Origin: Octopus bimaculoides
Lineage: Eukaryota
Direction of reading: 5' to 3'
Assembly (NCBI RefSeq): GCF_001194135.2
Contig: NC_068982.1
Span: 102,017,289 to 102,075,332 of the forward strand
DNA: 58,044 bases
Of this stretch, positions 52,857-58,044 are shown piece after piece (the stretch's first letter is position 1; each line of letters opens with the position of its first letter). The position numbers and the translations under genes are program-made. The notes beneath the pieces are model-generated. The model was not told the DNA's origin. It saw only the letters and a program-made list of their open reading frames with translations, and ran no database searches.

Positions 52857-53260
52857 AAACCGTTCTGCACGCACTCGTGCAGTGTCCAAAGATTTCCGAT
52901 CTGTGGGCTTATGCCGAACGGCTGCGGTCACGTGTGGGACGAGTCCGCCTGTCAGCCGAGTCTATTGTGCAAATTGCTCCACCACCGTCCCTCAACAGGG
53001 AAGGCAAGGCAGTGTTCATCATACTGGTGGCCATGGTGAAAGAATGTGTGTGGTGGACCCGAGCGAAAGGATTAGAGACGAAAACTTACCTCTCTGGCCA
53101 ATCGCTCATCAACTTTTTCAAGTATCACTTGAAAAGGAAGGTGAGAATAGAGAGACAGTTTTTGTCTCGTGAAAGTTTCATTAAAAGGTGGGTGAATGTA
53201 GCAAAGATGGTGCGTGCGAGTGACGATACCTCTTTGAGCATGATCCTAATCATTGCTTAG
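52857..53260 (+). mobile_element. 5'-truncated L1/Tx1 LINE, ORF2 C-terminus (open frame)
   Basis: TVLHALVQCPKISDLWAYAER...LINFFKYHLKRKVRIER...; begins at the zinc-finger H...C; stop at 53260. Confidence 0.85.
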
Positions 53261-53603
53261 AAGAATTGAAATTAATATAAACATTGATAAGACACTGTGA
53301 GTGAAATAAGAATGTAACGGCTTTTGAAATAACTGATGTGCGGCTAGAAAGAAAAGTTCCCTTAACGCACGATTTGTTGACCACTCCCCGGAGATGAAGT
53401 AGCAAACTTCCTACCCCGAGTCAACAGCACTGCTCAGCAGTTATATAAAAAAAAATCTAAATTAATCTGGCACATAATTGGAGAGTCTAATTTGTATATT
53501 TCTGCTTTTGATGGTTTATTTTTAAGTCAACAAAGTCGAAATTATACTCAATACAGCCTAAATCAGAAGACCTGATATATTTTTCAATATCATAGAGTCT
53601 CTC

Positions 53604-54240
53604 AAGGCGGCGAGCTGGCTGAAACGTTAGCATGCCAGGCGAAATGCTTAGCGGTATTTCCTGTCTTTATGTTCTGGGTTCAAATTCCGCCGAGGTCGAC
53701 TTTGCCTTCCATTCTTTCGGGGTCGATAAATTAAGTACAAGTTACGCACTGGAGTCGATGTAATCGGCTTAATCCGTTTGTCTGTCCTTGTCTGTCCTTG
53801 TTTGTCCCCTCTATGTTTAGCCCCTTGTGGGCAACGAAAAAATAAGAAACGTTAGCACGCCGGACGAAATGCTTAGCGCTATGTCGTCTGTCTTTACGTT
53901 CTGGGTTCAAATTCCGCTGAGCTCGACTTTGCCTTTCATCCTTTCGGGATTGATGAATTAAGTACCAGTTGCGTACTGGGGTCGAATTAATCGACTGGCA
54001 TCCTCCCCCAAAATTTCGGGCCTTGTGCCTAGAGTAGAAAAGAATAATATAAAATCTCTCAAGGCAGAAACGTTAACACGTCGGGCGAAATGCATAGTTG
54101 TATTTCGTCTGATTTCAAATTCCGCCAAGGTCGACTTTAACTTTCATCCATTCGAGGTCGATAAATTAAGTCCTTGAGATCGATCTAACCGACTTCCCCC
54201 CCCCCCCATCCCCCAAAATTTCGGGCCTAGAGTGGAAAAT
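53604..54240 (+). mobile_element. Three head-to-tail SINE-B monomers
   Basis: Monomers at ~53604-53844, 53845-54045 and 54061-54240, each with gaaacgtta..cacg..gcgaaatgc and gtcgacttt...gtcgataaattaagt. Confidence 0.9.
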
Positions 54241-54378
54241 AATATTATAAAGTCTCGCTGAGGGTGAAAATAAGTTAACACACTTCTTATGCTATGGATG
54301 GGGAGGGAAAAATGAGAGAACAGATGACATATATGTATATGTGTGTGTGTATGTATGTATGTATGTATTCGTATATGT

Positions 54379-54692
54379 GAAGGCCAGTGGCTAAGTGGTT
54401 AGGGTATTCGGCTCGCGAACGTAAAGTGGTGAGTTCGATATCCATTGGCGCATTGAGCAGAACACTGTTTCAAGTTGCTCCAGTTCACTCAGCTGGGAAA
54501 AATGAGAAGTACCTGTAGTTTAAATGGTCAGCTTTGTCGCATTCCGTGTCACCCTGGATCTCCCTGAGAACTACGTTAACGTTAAGTGTGTGAGTGGCAT
54601 GCGCAGCCACTTGCACGTTCATTTCACGAGCAGGCTGTTCCGTTGATCGGATCAACCCGAACCCCCATCGTCGTAACCGATGAAGTGCCAGT
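54379..54692 (+). mobile_element. SINE family C, full length, 13-bp TSD
   Basis: A-box gtggctaagtggtt, B-box gagttcgatatcc; TSD tattcgtatatgt at 54366-54378 and 54693-54705. Confidence 0.9.
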
Positions 54693-57558
54693 TATTCGTA
54701 TATGTACATATAGTAAAAATGAGTGATTTATGAAAATAAAACGACGGATATTGGATAAAGCACTCAATATTGGCACAGAATCTATAATTTCTAATTATAT
54801 TGATAGAGGTTCCGACGTTTCGCTGATACAAAAGTCATTCAAACTAACACTGAGTGAACTGTATGCCTGGCAAAACTTCAAAGTCACTATCAATAGAATT
54901 ATACACACACACAGAGACACATACACACGCACATACATACATGCAAGTATACATACATGCAAGTATACATACATACATTCGGCACAATTCCGTAAGTTCC
55001 CTGTAATTCAACTCAGTAGCCACTCAATTTCCCCCAGGGTACACACGCATACGCGTAACGCAGGAACACAGAGACACAGACTGACACACACATACATCAC
55101 GTATGTGCATCTATACGTGTGTGTGTATAGATAGATAGATGGAGAGAGAGGGATTGGCAGATAAACAAACACACTCTCACACTCATAGGTATACTATGCT
55201 TCATTAGAGGTTTTATCTCTAAACAGAAGACACTGTATAGTCCAAAACTAATTGTTGTAGAACACAATTTGCTCTAGGTACCATACAATAAGATCGAACC
55301 GGGTACGATATTTCTGCTCCTGTATAAATGTTGCGATTTAGATGAATTATTATATTCTTAGACATATATTTGTTGCAATATATTTCTCAGTACTCTCAAC
55401 TTCGTGAAGTACCCAGATATACTACATCCACGACAAGGAGATAAGCGAGGAGAAATCGATTAGATTTCTTATATACGACTGATCAAAAGCGATTTTTGCT
55501 TAGAAGATTATTTTCTCATTTTCAAGACCAACATTGCTTCCTGGCAACGTTACGACCAAAGTGTTTACATTCCTATTGTATTTGCAGCTGTTTGACTTAA
55601 TAATGCAGTTAAAGCGATTTACTCTGTTTTTGTTTACCTTGCATAGTAGTTTTGCGTGATGGTAGATAATTATGTGCTTTGCAGATGTTAGTGTAGCCAT
55701 TTTGTAAGTTATATTGCCACGTGATTTCTTCTGCAGCAATAATACTTATGTTGCTGGTGTATTGTAACATACGGTATTCATGAATGTATTCATGAATGGT
55801 TTAGGAGAGTAAATAAAATTATTTTGATAGTCATAAATATAGTTAATTGATAGTTACTGGTTTCTTAGAAAGACGCTTGAAGTAATTAATCCTTATTAAA
55901 TATCAACAAATAAATTTGTCGTATATCTTTAAATTAATACAATTTTACAATCTGCTTGCAGATTTGTAAACGTTCCGTTAAAAGTGTTCAGAAAATTGTT
56001 ACTATTAGATTTCTTTTTCATTATGCATTTGGGATTTTGGAGTATGTGATTTTTGTTTCGAGTATTTGTCATCATAATGATTTATTGTTATTTGTATTCT
56101 AAATAAAACTTTTGATTGTTAAAAAAAAACTGTTCTGAGGAGATATGATTGCCAAGAGTAATATTGTTTGCAGTTAATAATTGCTTGATAGCAGGTGAAT
56201 TAAGTGAAATGTCTAGCTAATTAGCGATACTTAATGGCGAAATATCCCTCAAACAATAGATACTTAGGGAGTGCATTCTAATTAAGAATCTTTACAAAAC
56301 GAAATGTACTAAGACTGTTGGAAAACGCAGTTTGTAGATCAGTGAATGGAGTTTCTTATTTGGTTTATCTGTGAAATTTCAGCAGCTACACATTGAAATA
56401 TAAATTTAAAAAACTGTCCTTAAATACAATTTGTGAAGTGGAAGTAAAATGATAAAAACCGTACTTTCTTTTGTTTGAAATACGTTCTCAGCCAATATAT
56501 TCCAAAGAAATTTTCGCTTCGTCTTAATCCAGACATATCGACTGAGGCATAATGGGTTGATTGAGACCTAAGTATCACTAGATCAGAATGGTTAGAGGTG
56601 GTTTCAGGTTGCATTCCCATAAGAAGTCTCCTCCTCAAAAGGTGACCCTGGTGGGGATATGCTAAAGCCTTGGGTACGCTCTCTCTCACTCTTTCGCCAA
56701 AGAGAAATGGATTATTTTAAAGCTTTTCAATAATAAAATATTTGTTTTAACATACAATATTTTCACAATTTATTATGGTGAAGGTGTCCCTTTCTCGACG
56801 CTAAACGTTTACTTCTAGATAGAATGTGACAGCGAGAATATAGCATCCAGCATATAAAATAATCTTCGTTTCAATTCGACACGTCCTGTGATTCAGAGCG
56901 GTTCTGGCGTTTCCTCAGGAATGCATGAATATGCATATATTGATACAATCAATGATTATATATGAAAATGATATTTTATTAATCTATGCTTGCAGAGAAC
57001 TTGTATAAAGTTTACTAATGTGTGCATTGAAATTTTATTACAAACCCAGATGGAATTTGACCTCACGAAATTTGAAGGAGTTAACTTGATATTAGAGAAT
57101 ATCTAGTTCGTGTATATATTTTCCAGGTCAGAACCACTGCCTGTGAATGATATAAATATTCACTTTCAAACAATATTTATATTAAACATTTATATACTCT
57201 CAATTTCTTCATCATTTGTATGTGATGTTTGAAAATACATTGTTTATATATCCTTTGAATATATATATATATCCTATTGATACATAAATTGATTACATTT
57301 GCACATTTAAGATGTAAATAAACACCCATAGAATACATATATATATGTGTGTGTGTGTATCTGTATGTCTGTATGTATGTATATCTGAGTATGTGTGTAT
57401 GTATGTATGTATGCATATCTGTGTATGTATGTATGTATTTATGTATCCATGTACGTATGTATATATGTATGTGTGCGCGCGTGTGAGTATATGAGTGCGT
57501 GTTAATGTTTATGTATATGACTGTCTTTTTGTGAGTGTGCTTATATCTGTGTACGTAG

Positions 57559-57647
<89 letters not shown>

Positions 57648-57648
57648 T
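57559..57648. repeat. (TAGA)n microsatellite
   Basis: Visible. Confidence 0.95.
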
Positions 57649-58044
57649 GCAAATATATTCAAACGCACATATACAGCAACGCACATTTATATGTTTATGT
57701 ATGTGTATATATATCATATAAAGAGACAGAAGGAAAAGAGAGAAAGATTTAGACATGTTCTTAAGTTAAACATAAATATCGGTAAATGAATACAACAGAA
57801 AGGACTGTCGATGTGTTTTAAGTACAGAGCCACATCTAAAGTATACTCTGAGGAGTCTAGATTTTGGGTAGCAAAGTGAAGTGATCTGATTCCTCTGCTA
57901 GAAATGATCGTTGCCCAGATTCAGTGAAGGCTATGCTGCGCACTGCCATACAAGCGTATGACCATCCATACACACAAACAGAGACACATACGCATACACA
58001 CATGCACATACACACACACCGATATGATATGATATAATATAGAT

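Overview
AT-rich eukaryotic, repeat-dominated, intronic or intergenic DNA with six N-gaps, each flanked by microsatellites (short-read assembly). The SINE families and microsatellite load point to a cephalopod, most likely Octopus; this is an inference from recalled repeat consensus, not a database result. No complete host gene, tRNA/rRNA gene or CRISPR array is supportable, and almost all ORF-track entries are microsatellite or gap artefacts. The window holds about 20 tRNA-derived SINE copies (four families, labelled A-D here), L1/Tx1-type, R4/Dong-type and RTE LINE relics, Penelope-like terminal fragments carrying hammerhead-ribozyme motifs, mariner/hAT/MULE relics and two solo LTRs. Best leads: (1) a 1.5-kb ORF1-only (HAL1-like) L1/Tx1 element with a perfect 16-bp TSD, inserted into a SINE tRNA head; it shares a 3' tail with a SINE that sits in an equivalent position, hinting at retrotransposition targeted to SINE heads. 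(2) A fully canonical type I hammerhead at 41893-41943, plus five related motifs. (3) A hAT MITE that captured adjacent host DNA containing a candidate 17-nt micro-exon. (4) Two solo LTRs differing by an 11-bp tandem expansion. All alignments were done by eye; boundaries of degraded elements are approximate.
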